Position numbers and translations under genes: made by a program. DNA of 64,000 nucleotides from Alloascoidea hylecoeti (lineage: Eukaryota): assembly GCA_001600815.1 (NCBI GenBank), contig BCKZ01000004.1, positions 682,001-746,000 of the forward strand. Direction: 5' to 3'. The notes below the pieces were generated by a model that made no database searches, was not told where the DNA came from, and saw only the letters and a program-made list of their open reading frames with translations. Shown one piece after another: positions 1 to 14,720 of this stretch. Every line of letters starts with the position of its first letter. The first letter of the stretch is position 1.

Positions 1-3000
1 TATAAAAGTATAGATATTTTTGGTATACATGTATCAGCTAGAAAAAACTATTTGAAATTACATACCGTAACTTCTAGTTCGAATTCATATAATTTAAATT
101 TTAGACATGAAAACGGTCTTAATTATATAATTATCTATATGCATAATAGTTGCATATGCATAGCTATAGGTTTCTAATTCTATTTTCTGTGAAGCTATTC
201 CCCAAATTGTGGTGAGAGACACTGATAGTTATGAGCTTATGAAGATATAGTTGAATACACGGAGTGAAAAGTGCCGAGCCTATATATTTTATGGTAGACT
301 TATATCAAATATTATCAATCCAAACGAAAATCAATTATCAAAAGCTTGGAGGCGTTTGTTACAAGATCTAGAGTGGAATATAAGGCCCTTATTAATATTA
401 ATGATCTGAATTTGATCATCTTTCAAGTGCCTAAAATATAACGTTTTCTTGTGAATCTGGAATTAATGTTAGATTCAAGTAAAAAATATTGCAATCCATA
501 AGTTATTTATTGTAGTATAAATTTCTATGATAGAATATATATGAATAATATGATACTACTGTATATCTAATTAATAGTAATATTGCAATTGGTTAACGTT
601 ATAAGGTTGGGAATGCTTACTATGTTAAATTCATAAAACCGTTTACGCAGCAACCACATGATTTCACAAATTAACATAGATATTATAGAATAGACTTCAG
701 CTTAATATATTAATTACCGTATTAGCTTATACTGGTCCGGTGTGTGGAATCTATGAATTAATAATACTGTAGTACTGGGTCCACTGACTAGTTATTAGTT
801 AATAGTAGTTAATAGTTACGTATGATAGTAATAAAATATGATATTGATGTTGCGATATTTACATATGCTCCTAGGTCTAATACTATACCTTTTGATTATA
901 ATTATTATACTGGCCTTATCATGGTCACTTTTAAGTGACAACACTGACAGTCTGACAAGCTTAATTTAGCACTGAGTCCAGTAAAGACTGCCATAGGCTA
1001 CTCTACGGCAGTACTACTGTATAACAACTGACAATTGCAACAATCTTAAAAAGACTCTTAAATTCTTATAATAAATTATCATCTAATGTAATATTATCTA
1101 TTTTATAATTTTTTTTTTCTATATTATAATGATAGCTGGTCCTCTGCAAGTGTTGGCTGTATCCGTAATTAATAAATAATTATAAGCTTTTAATTATAGA
1201 TTGATCAAATTCATGATTAACTGCAGCATAATGCTTATAGGAGGCCCCTATTATCACTACCATGAAATTGCTGGATATGCAAACTGCCAAAAAAAAACAG
1301 GGCAGATTTAAGATGCACCCGTACTGTATTTTACGTGTGGACTAGTCTACTACTGTCCCGGGTATCCTTCTATACACTTCAAGCTTAAAATATACCTAGT
1401 TGCCGGTAATGACTAAATAGACCCCGAATACCCGATACGGGTACTACCGGTTCCTTGGTTTTCATTTTGGCGGTTTTCATTCTGGCAATTTCACGGTATA
1501 GCTATTATTAAGGTAGCTACTAGCTAGCTAAACGATGTAGATCTGAATATCGAAACCAATAATAATAAGTAGGTGAGATTCAATTGCAACATGATATAAG
1601 CTTATATTACTATATGATAATATAAGGCCTTATATTTATAAGATCTTGTATATAAAAATACAGTTACATTTAATTTTCTAACCCACAAGAGCGCTTGAGT
1701 AGGACTTTTTTTATAGTTATTTTCCTAGTTACCTTGCGCTGGCTCTGTTGCGGTCGTAAATTAACCAAGACCTACCGTATATTAAGAATCATGGTTAGTC
1801 AGTTTTAATATAATTATAAATTTATAATGAGTATTGCAAAATTGGAATTACTGCCATATGTTTGTTTCATTTTCAAGCCAGGTACTTCAGCTTATGAATC
1901 ATTTTAATTAGATTTAATAGCAACTACAATGTATATATAACTATAGCCACTATTAATCGGGTTATACGAATTTATAGATATATTTAATATTATTATGGAG
2001 CACTGAGCCATAGTAATAGATTATGAAAAATATTTAGGATCATCTCCGCATAGATGAAATTTTCAAATTATTCATGCAGATGATTGTTTCATTCACAAAG
2101 GATTATATATAGGGCCATTAATAGCATTAAAAATGGGTTAAAAAACTGTATACATGTATATCGATTATAAGTTCAAGCTTATAAGACTTCTTCGATTAGA
2201 GCTAATTTCGGCAATGGAAGCCTATAAGCTAAGTTTGGTCTGACAATGGCATTGTAAGCTCTTTTGCAAGCTTAAGAAGAATTAAAGATTATTAAGTACT
2301 TCCTGCTGCAGCTGCTCTTAAGCTAATACTTTCAATGAATGGCCGTTTAAATATTATTTCCTGTACTACTAGTCAAGGTTCCTTAGCTGGATCATTGTGA
2401 AAATTCTTTTCCAAAGGTTGAATATTGAGGGCTTAATTTTCCAAAAAACATTTTCGTGATTTTATCTCACAAGTTGTGAATAGTTTTAGAGTTATGTAAG
2501 TTACCCTGCTTGTCACAAAGTAATTTGAATTTTTATTCATATTATATTATAATTAACCTATAAATTAATCAAAGTTAATCACAAATGTAATTGTAAATAG
2601 AAACCTGCAGCTTAAAGTAGAAAATTCGTTTTCTGTCAGAATATATAATTTCCATGGGATTGTTAGTAGAAAGACCTGAAAACAAAATCTAAAGCGCGGT
2701 ATCGGCTTAATATTAACTATAGTATGGGATAATAATCAACTTTAAATATATCTTCTGATGATCATACATCGAGCAGGTTTTATATTTAAATATTACAATT
2801 GGCCATGGGATCCGGATATCGATGTATGTGGCTATGAGATCTACATCATGCGCAGCTGACACTAAGATGCACTGTTTAAATATTAAACAGAATATATATT
2901 TTCATGTATCAGCTTAAATAAGTTGAAGTTATTTGGTGTAGCAAGATCCTTGCATATATCTTTTGTTTACAAAATAATCGAGCTTTTTTTAAAAAATTTA

Positions 3001-3207
3001 ATAATATATTAATAAAAATATAACTTATCATATTCAATAGCAAAGACATATAAAAATCTAATATCTTTAAATTTGTCCTTTTATGAAATTTCGAGTTTAA
3101 ATTTAGGCTAATCTTTTATCAATTGTTACATCCAACTAGACTGGTTTATTTTATATACCTTTGTAAATTAATATAACTTAGTTTGTTTGATGAAATTATT
3201 CTTATAA

Positions 3208-6200
3208 ATGTCTTCTTCAATTATTTCAAAACTTCACACTCAACTTATAAAATTGGTACGTTTTAAATTTCTAAATATGGTATATGATTTGATCTTCAAA
3301 CTCTAACTTTTAAACTTTGAATCATGCATTAGCTGCCGATTGAAACCGGTAATAGTATTGAAGATGTCGAAAATAATCAGAACTTTATCTCAACAAAAGA
3401 CACCCTTCTACAGCTATCAGAATCAAATTTGATTTCGGAAGTCTTAATTGGATTTACATCTCTACTGGATAATATACAAAAGGTATGAAATTATGATTAT
3501 TACGCCATAAAGTAAATAAGACTTTATAATCGGTCAATACATGAATAAAAACTAACCAATTTTTGAAATCTTTGTCTTTATAATTAAAGCATGATCGACA
3601 TGAGAAAGTTACAAGTAAAAATGTTTATTCATTAAGCTCAATCATTATTATCTTGAAGTTGATGACAGAATGTATCGAAGCAAATTGGGATTCATATGAA
3701 CCTTCACCAGTCGCCAAAGGTCGCGTTCCTATTCCCTTCAACAATTCTGGTTACATTAAACCATTTCTAAAATTTCATACTGTGTCTCCAAGGAGCTTAG
3801 ACTCAGCTCTTGTTCGAGAGCTATTTGGGCATGTTAAAAACTTAAGGTCCCCTGATGAAGTGATTACGTCCACAATGATTATATCTAATGGTAACATCAA
3901 GGCATCTACGATAATTGAGACACACGCTTACAGAACTCTCATTCAGGAAATTGATGAATATTGTTCAGTAATAATAAGATATATATCTGCAACAAACTGG
4001 AAAGATACCTTTGCATTTTTGAAGTCAAAATTAGGGATATTTCAAAGAACTCACGATGATAACGAATATATTCCATATATTGATTATTTGGGATGTTTAT
4101 ATCTTAATGAAGCTTCTCTTATAACTGTTTTTAAAGAGTTATGGGATTTCACAACCAGAGTCAGGAATCCATTGCATCATGCTTTGGTTTTCAATTTTTT
4201 CTCAGTTAGCATGGAGTATTGGGTTCAGTCAAGACCAAATGAGTTGTATAGAGGAACTCTTGAAGGGTCTTCGCTATTTCGAGAAACTAATGCTCTTTTT
4301 GACTATATGTATAATTCAACTGAAAATATAAATTCTCCTTATCAATTTGTTCTTCATAGATTTTTTTCACTTTTGGTTTGCTTTTCTCCGTCTAGTTTTC
4401 TCTCATTTATGTCATCTTCTGGAATTAAAAGATTTACGACAAATGCCAAAAAGATGAAATTTTTAAGTCTTCTTAAATCCCAAATATTTATTAAAAAACC
4501 AGGTGATTTACAACTGACCTGTATGGCAAACATTGGTATGATTGCGGCCTCTTTATTCAAGTACGACCCTGGAACACCCATCGCAAAATTCTTCCTATCG
4601 TTAAAATCTGACCTGATATCAGCATTTAAAGCATACAAAAATGACTTTTCAATAAATATTGTTTTACTTTACAGCAGTATATTTTGCTCCTACACCCTCA
4701 TGATCCCAGACTTTGTGAGTGATTATATTCAAAAAGAGTTAAACCGACCGGAAACTGATCCATTTGAGATCTGTTGCTTATGCACGGCGCTAAGGTCTAT
4801 TGGTGCAATTCCTTCGGCCTTTTCATTATATACCCGATATATGAATGAAAATGCTACTGAGTTAAGGGGCTTGATAAAAAAACATACACGCCTATTATTG
4901 AAATCAAGAGCAGGTGGCTCCTCTTCAAAGAGGTCATTATCTACAAGCAACTCTGAAGTTGTTAGTCTTCCTATTCTGATTAATGTCTTCTATGCCTTTA
5001 ATCCTAATCCATATTCATACTTTGAAGGATATGCTAAACCTGGGGCTGTTGTACGATCTCTTGAAAACACGGACATGGATCCTATTTGTGTATGCTTGGT
5101 TGATAGTGATAACGATGTAGCAAAGGGTGTCTTGGATTATATTACCTCATTTGTTCAAAAAATGGAGTCAGTCAAGCCTGAAGATGTGAATTTTGAAACA
5201 AGTAATCCAATAATGCCTATATATACTGCTGGCGGATATTTTGCTAAAGCTCTGTCCGATAAAATATTGGAGATTGATATGTATGATCAAAGGTTGCAAA
5301 GAATTCTAAATGCTCTTCTACTTTGCTTTTCTACCAGAGCTTATGTTGCTGAGCATTACGACTTAAAGAAAAAATGCTACAATGAAATCACAAGATTGGA
5401 AGAAGCTTCAACGAGACAGAAGATTTACTCAAGTTTTGAAACTGCATTTCTTTACTGTTTATGTTCACCTGATCAGGAAGTTTATAAGCTTGCATCCAAG
5501 GCTTTATCAGCTGCTTTAAAAGATGGTCATCTAACCTCTGGGATCGATAAATCATTATGCCCTCTATTGTTCAATGCTGAGCAATATGAAGAACTTTGCC
5601 CCAAAACGTTTGTCATCACAGGTGCTGCTGCATTACAGAAGAGAAAGCAATCAGTAGTACTTAAATTTACAATCCCCACTGATGGAATATTCAATGCCTG
5701 GGAACATATTTTCAATTGTTTCAATGCAGGTTCAGATACATTTGCTTATCAAAATGAATTTTCTAAAGAAAAAAGAAACTATGCTGGTATGCTCTCATCC
5801 CTTAGTGAATGCATTTTATCAAGTGATCCAGATACCAATGATAGGATTGCAGACCTAATTCCAGTTATTGAAGAATATCTTAAAAATGTAGTAAAACTGT
5901 TAAACTCTCCTAATATATATATTAATAATGCTATTAAGGATATTTTGTCGAAAGAGTTCAGTTTCTATTCACTTCCATTAATGTTTTCATTAATTGAAAC
6001 ACTTACAAAAGAAGTTTTACAAAAGGGAACAAAAGAAGAAATCATTAGAGTTTCTGATGGCGTAATATCCATTATTAAAGCTACTATACAGAGATGTACC
6101 AAAGAAAAGATGAAAATGACTACAATTTCGGTTTCAGTTTTATATCGTATTGTTATTCATTTATCTAATCTTCCGAATGATATAATTTATACGAAGCTGA

Positions 6201-9200
6201 AAATTAGAGCCTGTATGGTAATTCAAGATCTTTGCATAAATGCAGAAGAGTTACAAATGAAAGAGTCCGGTAAAATCAAGTTCAATGCAGTATCAATTAT
6301 GTTAAGGTGGTTTGAAAAGTCTATATTTTATAATTCAGATGAAAATTCTTTGACAACAAGCACTACTTTCACTTCAATCAGTAGTAGATTCGAAAAAAGG
6401 GTTGGTGAAATGGATTACTTATTGGCCGATTTAGCAATGGAATCAATCAAGGGTATTGCGTATCTTTCTTCTAGAACTGTGATTGAAGTTCCTCGAACTT
6501 CATCGGAAGAAGATTATTTGCAAGCCAAATCTTCTAAATATGGAGAAATGTTTGCAGTACTGCTGAGAGGCCTAGAGAAATATGAAAATTTTTCACCGGA
6601 ATTAACCAATGGTTCTAGTAGCTTCATTGCTAGAAGTGTTTTAACCCACACTAACTCTTCGGATGGCACTAATATAAGTGAAACTATTAATAGAGGACCT
6701 CAGTATCAACGATCTGGTACCATGTCTAAATTTATTATAATGGCACTAACTAATTTTCTCACATCCAATCCAGATGTTGGTTTGAAATTCAGTATACCTG
6801 TTGGTTATCACAACAATCCAAAGATTAGAGCTGACTTCTTGAGAGTTTTTGCAGGTATTATACAACTAGGTGTATCTAAAAGATTAGGTGGAAATGATCA
6901 AGTAAAATATCAAGCTTTGATGGAATTTTTACTGGAGAATCCTGCAATTTGTATCCGTATTTGCGATATTTGTCCTGCAGGTGAGGTCGATGAGTTGGCA
7001 ACTGGGTTATTGAACCTATATGAAAAAAAAGGAAAAGGTTTGGAGTTGTTGATGGGGATGGTCACAAGAGAAATTCAAAATACTACTCGAGTTGTGAGTT
7101 TATTAAGAAGAAATAGTGTTGCTACACGAATGTTATCACTGTTCGCAAAAACACATGGAAAGAAATATCTTACCTCTACTCTCCGGCCCCTTCTTGAAAG
7201 TTTTGTTAATAATCCAGAGGAGTATGTATTTGAACTTAGTACTGATAAAATTGGGTCGCATGAAGAAAAATCTACCGAAAATGTTAATAGATTTATGAAA
7301 GTCTTATCTTTATTTGCGACTGCCTTTCGAAGTTCTTATAAAACCATGCCACATGTTTTCAAAGAGATTTGTAGAACTATCTATGAAGCAGTTTTACCTC
7401 GATATCCAGAAGCAGCAGTAACTTCTGTGGGTTCATTTCTGTTTCTTCGCTTCTTTTGTCCAGCAATTGTAGCGCCGGAGTCAGAGGGTCTGATAAGTGA
7501 AGAACCTAAACGTGAAGTTAGGAGATCTTTATTGTTACTTGCCAAAGTGATCCAAAATATGGCTAATGGGACAATTTATTCTTTAAAATTACCTTTATTA
7601 TATGATAGGATGGGAGAACTAAACAAAGTCAACGAAATAATCGTAAACTTCATGAGGGAATCCACCATGTTTGATAAGTCTTTTTTGGAAATAATTCCAG
7701 AGTCCACAACCAATCATATGCAACCAGCTGCAGTTGTTGTAGAGAAGAAAGACATGATGTCTATTCATGCTTATATATACAACCATTTAGACGATATCAA
7801 TGCGATAGCTAAGGAATATGATTTAAATCCAAGATCATCACTTCATAGGCCAAGCCTTGATACTTTTTCAATAAATACCACAAGCACTGGATCATCTTCG
7901 TTAGATCTTGATACAAATTCGTCATATAACACTACTTTGTATGAAAAAATGCAGGAACTTGTGGAATCAATTGGTCAACCAAAAATTAGTGCTTCTTCCC
8001 AAATGGATCAAGATGATATATTTGTTGGTGATTTCGGTGAGAATGAGAGAAGATTGAATGATTTTATGACAAAAAATTCAGCTAAAGATTTTGGTCCTAT
8101 GCTTGATAAAAAATTGATTAGTGAGGGTGTTGCATCTGATGGTACATTATACTTAATTGTATCTTGGGGATTGTTTGATTCAAGAGTACTTACTGACACG
8201 GACATGCTTGTGTATAGAATTTTTAAGGTGTTGCATAAGATGAAAAATAGAACCTTTTCAATCTTGCTTGATTCTTCTGGATTCACTCAAAAAAACTCTC
8301 TGTCTGGCGATGTTGTTGAAAAATTCCGAAATCTTTGTCCACAATCTTTGCTAGAAAAATGTCAAGGAATTTACTGCTATAATATCTCCTCTGTATACTT
8401 ACCTATTCTTAAAGCCATTATTGAGGAAAATCAAACTGGTTTTGTTTTTAACCCCAACAAAACTCAATACTACTTCCGCTCTTCTTTTCATGACAATGAA
8501 GATTTTCGGTCCAAACCATTTGGTCTTAGTAAGAAAACGAGAAAAATTGATAATGACAACGGAGCAAAATTTGATGATGTACTATTATTTGAATATGATA
8601 CTAAACAATTCGTACCAGTTGAAATCAGTGTCGGCCGGGAATACCTTAAAATATATCATTCTGAACCAGTTTCTATACAATGTGGCCGACATAAGGAATA
8701 TCTTAAGCTCCACGATGTCTACCACGCAACCGATATAACAGGTTCATTTTTATCTAGTAAAGTCGGTGTCTCTGATGAATTTTCCGTTCGGCTTGAAATT
8801 GGAGATGATATTATACTTTCAAGCCCTAGAGGGGCAGAAATTATCAGGAGTATCAATTCTTCTCTTAAGAAATTTAGCGAGCATTCTTCTACAGCTTCTT
8901 TAAATGACATAGTTGTTCATTCAATTCAAGAAATTTCAAGTATTTTTAATAACTTGGTATTCGCATCCTTTTGTTCTGAGGACAATGATGTTAGAAGCGC
9001 TGGATTTACTTTAAACTGTGTCATGGAAAATATTTTTGGAGAATCAAGTAATTCAACTATTCCCCGCGATGAATTATTTGTTCCAAAAAATATTGTGTCT
9101 ACTGTGAGACGTTATTCAGAAGAATTATCAAATAAATCCCCAAATACAACCTATGATTTCATTAAAGGATTTTTCCAGGCATTTGAAATGACTACTTCAT

Positions 9201-11239
9201 CTAGAAGAGATCTAATTTTAATGTATGTCTCTCCATGGATCCATAATATCTATACCAATGTTTATCTATCAGATAAAAGGAAAGGTCCAAGAAGAAGTAG
9301 AACCTTGATACGAGAATTTTTAAGAATATCGTCAATATCAAAATCACTCACGGGATTATTTCACAAATATATTTGGAGACCTCTATGTGAGAGAGAAGAA
9401 TTGAGTGATATTCTTGTAGATGAGGTAATTAACTCGGCGATTGATAAGAAAAATGAAGGTTCTAATGAAGAAGATATTTTATCAGTTCTTACTGCTTTTC
9501 CTTCTTATATTCACAGTCAAGAAATAATGAATAAATTGATTAATATTTCCTGTGTTCCTACAGAAGAGAAGAACCAAGCGAAAGCCTTAGTATATACTCA
9601 AACGAGTTGGGTAGAGACAATTGTTCTATTAAAAGCTATTACTATTTTGGGTTTTGATAGGGTTGATATATGCCGATTAATTGTTCCTAAATTGATATAT
9701 GTTGGTGCAATGTTTATTGGCAGAGGACCACTTGATTTAAAATCATCATTACTTAAAACTATTGTGAATATGTTTCATATTTTTATTGCAGATGAAAGCA
9801 TTAATCGATCAAAGAGAGATCGATTAACTTCTTTAGCTGAGAAGTTTACATCTCAAAGAGCCCTATTATTGATGGGTTTGAATGGTAAAAACGATAAAGA
9901 AGAAGAAGAAAGAATGCACACACCTTCTCTTATCAATTCTCTAGAAATATATATTGACTATTTTTATGAGATCATGGATCTAACTTCCAAAGATAAAGGT
10001 CAGTTTGAAGAATGGAAGGAAGAACTATTATCACTAGTTATAGATTCTGCATTTAGGGAACAATCTGCAGTTAGATCTAGAGCGATATTAGTTATGGGAT
10101 TCTTAGCTAAAAGCAACACAAATGATCTTATATCGCGGACATTGACTTTACTGCAATCAGCTACTCACACAGATGTGGCCTCAGATGAAAGAGTTGTTGA
10201 TTTATCAGTATGTTTACTTGAATGCGTGGCAAATCTTTTGGGTGGACTCCCCTCAGATTCTCATTGGTATGGTAAACTATTTTGGTTAGGTTTTGGGTGT
10301 CTTCAGTTCCAACACCCAAGAATATACACATCTTCGATTCAATTAGTAGCCAAAGTATTGGAGCTTATGGATAATCATGGGTTCTTTCCTGATGGAGAAA
10401 TGATTAAAGTTCTGATGAAAGAAAGATTCCCTTATGGACAATTACTAGATAAACTCGATGAACTTGCTAATGTCCGATTTTCACAAAACATGTTTGATAA
10501 TTATATGAGAGCTAATATGCTTAGAGGATTATTTTATCATCCAACTAGATCTATAACACTTAAGTGTTTGTCTAAAATAATGGTTATAGAAAAGAAGAAC
10601 ATGAAGGTTTACTATAGGACGCATCCGGTTGTTGAACCTAATGAAGAATTACATCCTTCTTTAATTCTTGATTATTTGAATGTATTCACAATCGAAAGAA
10701 AGGAAGCTATTAAATTTTCAAAGATGTATGATAAAAATATGGAAATAGTTGATTGTGGTGAAGGTATATATACTCCAAAGGTTTTGCTTGATTTTTATAG
10801 TGGTGGAGGTGATTTCATCATTGTATCTGGTTACTTTGAACTGGAAATGTATAAGTATTTGTCAAATGATGATCCAATTTTGTTGATTTTCCTAAGATGG
10901 TTATTAAAAAGCCCAAATATGCCACAAAAATTTATTGTCTTGGGGTATTTGGAAGACAAGTTTAAAGAAATTATGGAAAAATCTACATCTTTTCCAATTC
11001 TCTCATCATTACAACAATGTATTGTACAGATTACAACAGATCCAGAATACAACTCAGATTATCATCCATTATATAAACAAAAAGTCCTGGATGTTGCTGA
11101 AAAGTATGGGTTTTCTCATGTTGACGTTGATGTCTTCACCAATCCAGAAAAAATATCAGTGAATGTTGTTTCTGAGCAAACTGATTATTTGAAACGATTA
11201 TTAGGAAGAATTCTGGATAATAAAACTTTATATCCCTAG
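3208..11239 (+). CDS. Neurofibromin/Ira1-Ira2-type RasGAP, paralog A; exons 3208-3255, 3333-3482, 3590-11239
   Basis: RasGAP motifs LLRRNSVATR (Arg finger), FLRFFCPAIVAPE and LAKVIQNMAN, followed by a Sec14/PH-like region. Introns GTACGT..CTCTAAC..TAG and GTATGA..ACTAAC..AAG join in frame to the 2528-aa ORF. Confidence 0.93.
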
Positions 11240-11973
11240 TCTATCACACATCTATCTTTATATTTTCATATATGCATTTTATTTATGAACATCATATACA
11301 TTAATGTTTCTGTTGATTTTGAATTTGGAAATTACATTTTGTTTATTGTTTTATTATCTTTTGTTTTATAAATTATATATATTATATTATGCTAATACTG
11401 TGAAATTTAAATATAAGTCTTACACAAAAAACATTCGCATAAAGTTGAGCTTATTAACTCTAACTAAAAGGTTAGTGTAAATTTTTTCTTTCTGATATTA
11501 AATATCTAATATCTTTTGCTTCTACATAGTTGTATGGTTTAGTGCCAAGCAGCCTTCTGTATAGTTGTTGAAAGTTATTATAAGTAGTCTCCTGTAGTAT
11601 TTCTGTACCATTATCAGTTAAGTATGACTTACACCAGTAAATATTTACCTAAAGAATTAATTTGTACGGAGATCATCACTCTACGAGATTTCACACAAGT
11701 CATATACGTAATTGAAAGGAAATAGGGATCTTTACTTATTTTAACTGGAGATTAATTTGAATGTAATGTTAAATGATTTTAGGTGAAATATATTATTAGT
11801 ATATAAACTATCTAGAAATCAGAAGAGTGGACAACCACATATGCATGTCTATAACTGGATATAAGAGTGAAATAAATATAATATGAATCAAGGTCATAAT
11901 TTGAAGATTCGAATGCGTGAAATGAATGCAAATTTAAAAAAATATTGGTTTGATTATGGTACATTATTTGTAA

Positions 11974-12495
11974 TTATAATCCAAAAGTAATTGATCCAAT
12001 AATCATAGCTAAAGGAACCATCATTAACTTTCTAGATGCTTCATTACTGAACTTAATAGAATCAGCAGAACTGGTTGATCCATTAACTGAAATAGTAGCT
12101 GATGATTGGGAAAATGATTCTGATGCTGATTCTTCATTAGATGATTTTGTTGAAGCGGATTTAGATGTGGTTTTANCATTGCTTCCGGATGCTTTTATTG
12201 TAGTTGCAACTGATGNGACATCTGAAGCAATAGAAGNACCTGACAAGTAAGAAGTAAGAAGAGTAGTTGTGGCAGAGGCTGCAGAGGCCACAGCTGATTC
12301 ACTGGCATATAGCGACTTAAGATATGTAGATTCACCAGCTTTAACTGAATTGACGGCTGCTGAGATAACAGATTGTTGCGCCAGAACACTGGACTCTGTG
12401 TATGAAACATACTGAAGATAATTTGAAGTTGTGGATGTAGCAAAGACTGCTTGGAGGAAGACAGCTGTGAGTGTGAAGATGGTTGAAAATTGCAT
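11974..12495 (-). CDS. Ser/Ala/Thr-rich secreted, probably GPI-anchored surface protein, copy 1
   Basis: Signal peptide MQFSTIFTLTAVFLQAVFA, Ser-rich body, hydrophobic C-terminus (LMMVPLAMIIGSITFGL); TATA box about 75 bp upstream. Confidence 0.85.
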   Translation of the reverse strand: MQFSTIFTLTAVFLQAVFATSTTSNYLQYVSYTESSVLAQQSVISAAVNSVKAGESTYLKSLYASESAVASAASATTTLLTSYLSGXSIASDVXSVATTIKASGSNXKTTSKSASTKSSNEESASESFSQSSATISVNGSTSSADSIKFSNEASRKLMMVPLAMIIGSITFGL

Positions 12496-12575
12496 TGTGC
12501 TTATATGTAAAGTATGAATGATGATTATCAGTTTTGGATGAGGTTATAATTGATGGATATCCATGGTCTTTATAT
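11974..12575 (-). repeat. Left arm of ~600 bp inverted repeat (partner 35670-36271)
   Basis: Near-identical to the reverse complement of 35670-36271 from the TATA box to the stop codon. Confidence 0.95.
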
Positions 12576-13628
12576 GAGCCATACTGGCCACTGTTTGAAA
12601 CCACGGAAGGAGCAGTAAAAGAGGTGGCCAGTTTCTAACCAGCTCCCTAAATAAATTACGTCCCCAGCCCCGGATGATCCTAAATATTACAAATATTACA
12701 CACCTCCTCAATAAAAATGTAAGGTTGTTAATATCTAAATTCATCTCTTCTTTTTTCTTCTTGTCCTAAAATATTCTTAGAGTAGAAGAAAAAATAACAC
12801 ATATTTTTATTGATAAAATTTTCAAACATGTCCTTAAAAAGTATCCCAATACTTTTTTAGAAATCACGATAATGTGTTATATGCTTAACTATAAGTTGGT
12901 AAGTCATAAACAAAACAAACGAAAATTGATGATGTTTCATTTACTATTATTAATATATGATTGACCAAAACATTGTAGATTATAATCTATTCATATAAAA
13001 ACCAAGAGTTAAATTCATTTTATTAATATTTCCTCGGTTTTTTATACACAGAAGTTTATAAAATGTTGTTTTATGCTTAAGTTATTCTATGATTTCTCTC
13101 GTTTACCAGTACATGAAGTTTCATTCATCTTCTCTGGAATCATTTATACCCCAACCGTATTATTATTATACTGTGGGGAAAGAAATGTTTTATAATTTTT
13201 TACAAAGATATTATAAGGCCTTATATGATTCTAGAAATGAGAATGAAAGTTCAAGTTTGAGCAACGAAAGAGTTTATTTGCTTTTCTTTTAATTTTAGAT
13301 AGAGGGAAAACAATATTTAAACAAACACAAATAAATATTAGTCGTGAACAATACATAAACAAATTAAATTGGTCGATCATATTTCTTTAAATTTGACTTC
13401 AATTGTCAATGTCAAACCTTGGGATCCAAGGATTAAATAGATATGGAACATCTAGTTAAACGTTTCATGGCAAGTTTGTAATTAACTATACATGTATATA
13501 ACCGCGTAATATGTACGATTATATGTTATTTAATTATCCAAGAAACATTTGGCATCATTTGAATAAGTTTGACATCAAAATGATTACTAAACAAATGTTA
13601 GTTATATTTATCAATCAAAATTTAAAGA

Positions 13629-14309
13629 TTATTTCTTTTTCTTCAAGCTAAATTTTGAGACCAGTTTTGAAAGACCGTGTTTTTTCTTCTGTTGTACTAC
13701 TTCTTTAACCGGCGCCGTCTCTTTTACAATATTATTATCTTCATTAATATTATTGTCTGTTATATCACTAGACAATGGTAGTTCCTCTTCAAGTTCCACA
13801 TGATTTTCCAACTCTTTCATATTTCGTTCATATAATTCAGGAAATTCGGTCTTAAAAAGGTTTATCTTTTCACAATTTGTCCTTTTTGATTCTTTTGCAA
13901 ATTTAGTTTTAGTTTTTGCACTAGTAGTGATTGAACCAGTTGTGATAACATCAGATGTACACATAAATGTAACAATACCTAATAAGACAGCATTAACACT
14001 TAAATCTAAACTCCAATATTGGCTATCAGCAAACCGGAAACAAATACTCCTATTTAATTCAAATCGCCCATTTGGTGTATGCATGAAAACTTCTGGGAGA
14101 CTCTCTGGGTAATTTTGTGGGAAACGGATACTTCCAAAATATTGACCATTGGCATAGGGTGTATCTGGAGGGCCGATGAATACAAAATACCAGAAGAAAA
14201 TATCATCATTTGTCGGATGAGCTCTCAGATTCGCAGAAGGGTGTTCGACGATGTATTTATAATCTTTGGTTAGACGTTTTAAAGCAGGTAACACTGCTGC
14301 TGTTGACAT
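13629..14309 (-). CDS. Divergent Ubc6/UBE2J2-family E2 ubiquitin-conjugating enzyme without a TM anchor
   Basis: KRLTKDYK, GPPDTPYANGQY, TPNGRF, ICF (catalytic Cys) and TTGSITTS match Ubc6; the C-terminus is polybasic. Confidence 0.85.
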   Translation of the reverse strand: MSTAAVLPALKRLTKDYKYIVEHPSANLRAHPTNDDIFFWYFVFIGPPDTPYANGQYFGSIRFPQNYPESLPEVFMHTPNGRFELNRSICFRFADSQYWSLDLSVNAVLLGIVTFMCTSDVITTGSITTSAKTKTKFAKESKRTNCEKINLFKTEFPELYERNMKELENHVELEEELPLSSDITDNNINEDNNIVKETAPVKEVVQQKKKHGLSKLVSKFSLKKKK

Positions 14310-14720
14310 TGTTAATTGTTAATTATTTATATATTGTATACTCTTTGTTTTGAAGCTGTAGTTGGGTGTTTTAAAGTTATTATAAGAAATAGATGCACCC
14401 GACAGTAATATTGATTGCTATGAAGACCTTATATAGTGTTTATGGCTAAAACTGCCTCGTTTTTGTTCAGTCGACTAATATAACTAATAATGATATATTT
14501 AGCAAATGTTAGCTAATTATAACACTAATTATTAATACATATGATGATACCGCTGAGCTTATACGCGAATACGACTACTATATGGTATTTATTTATAGTT
14601 TCACTGCCAGGGTATGTTTAATTGATATATTATAGCTATGCCAAGCACAAAGCATCACATATCATATTGATTCTTCTTACCCCATAATGTTATTTAATGA
14701 AAAGATCAGTACTTGATAAC

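Noticed and set aside
4354..11162. Short antisense or alternative-frame ORFs inside RasGAP A (likewise inside B, SHM2, CWC21, GCN4 and the Caprin-like gene)
   Set aside because: Shadows of long coding sequences with no independent features
12341..12604. Overlapping 87-aa and 95-aa ORFs shared by both repeat arms
   Set aside because: Their similarity is explained by the DNA duplication; the starts lie upstream of the TATA box in non-homologous sequence
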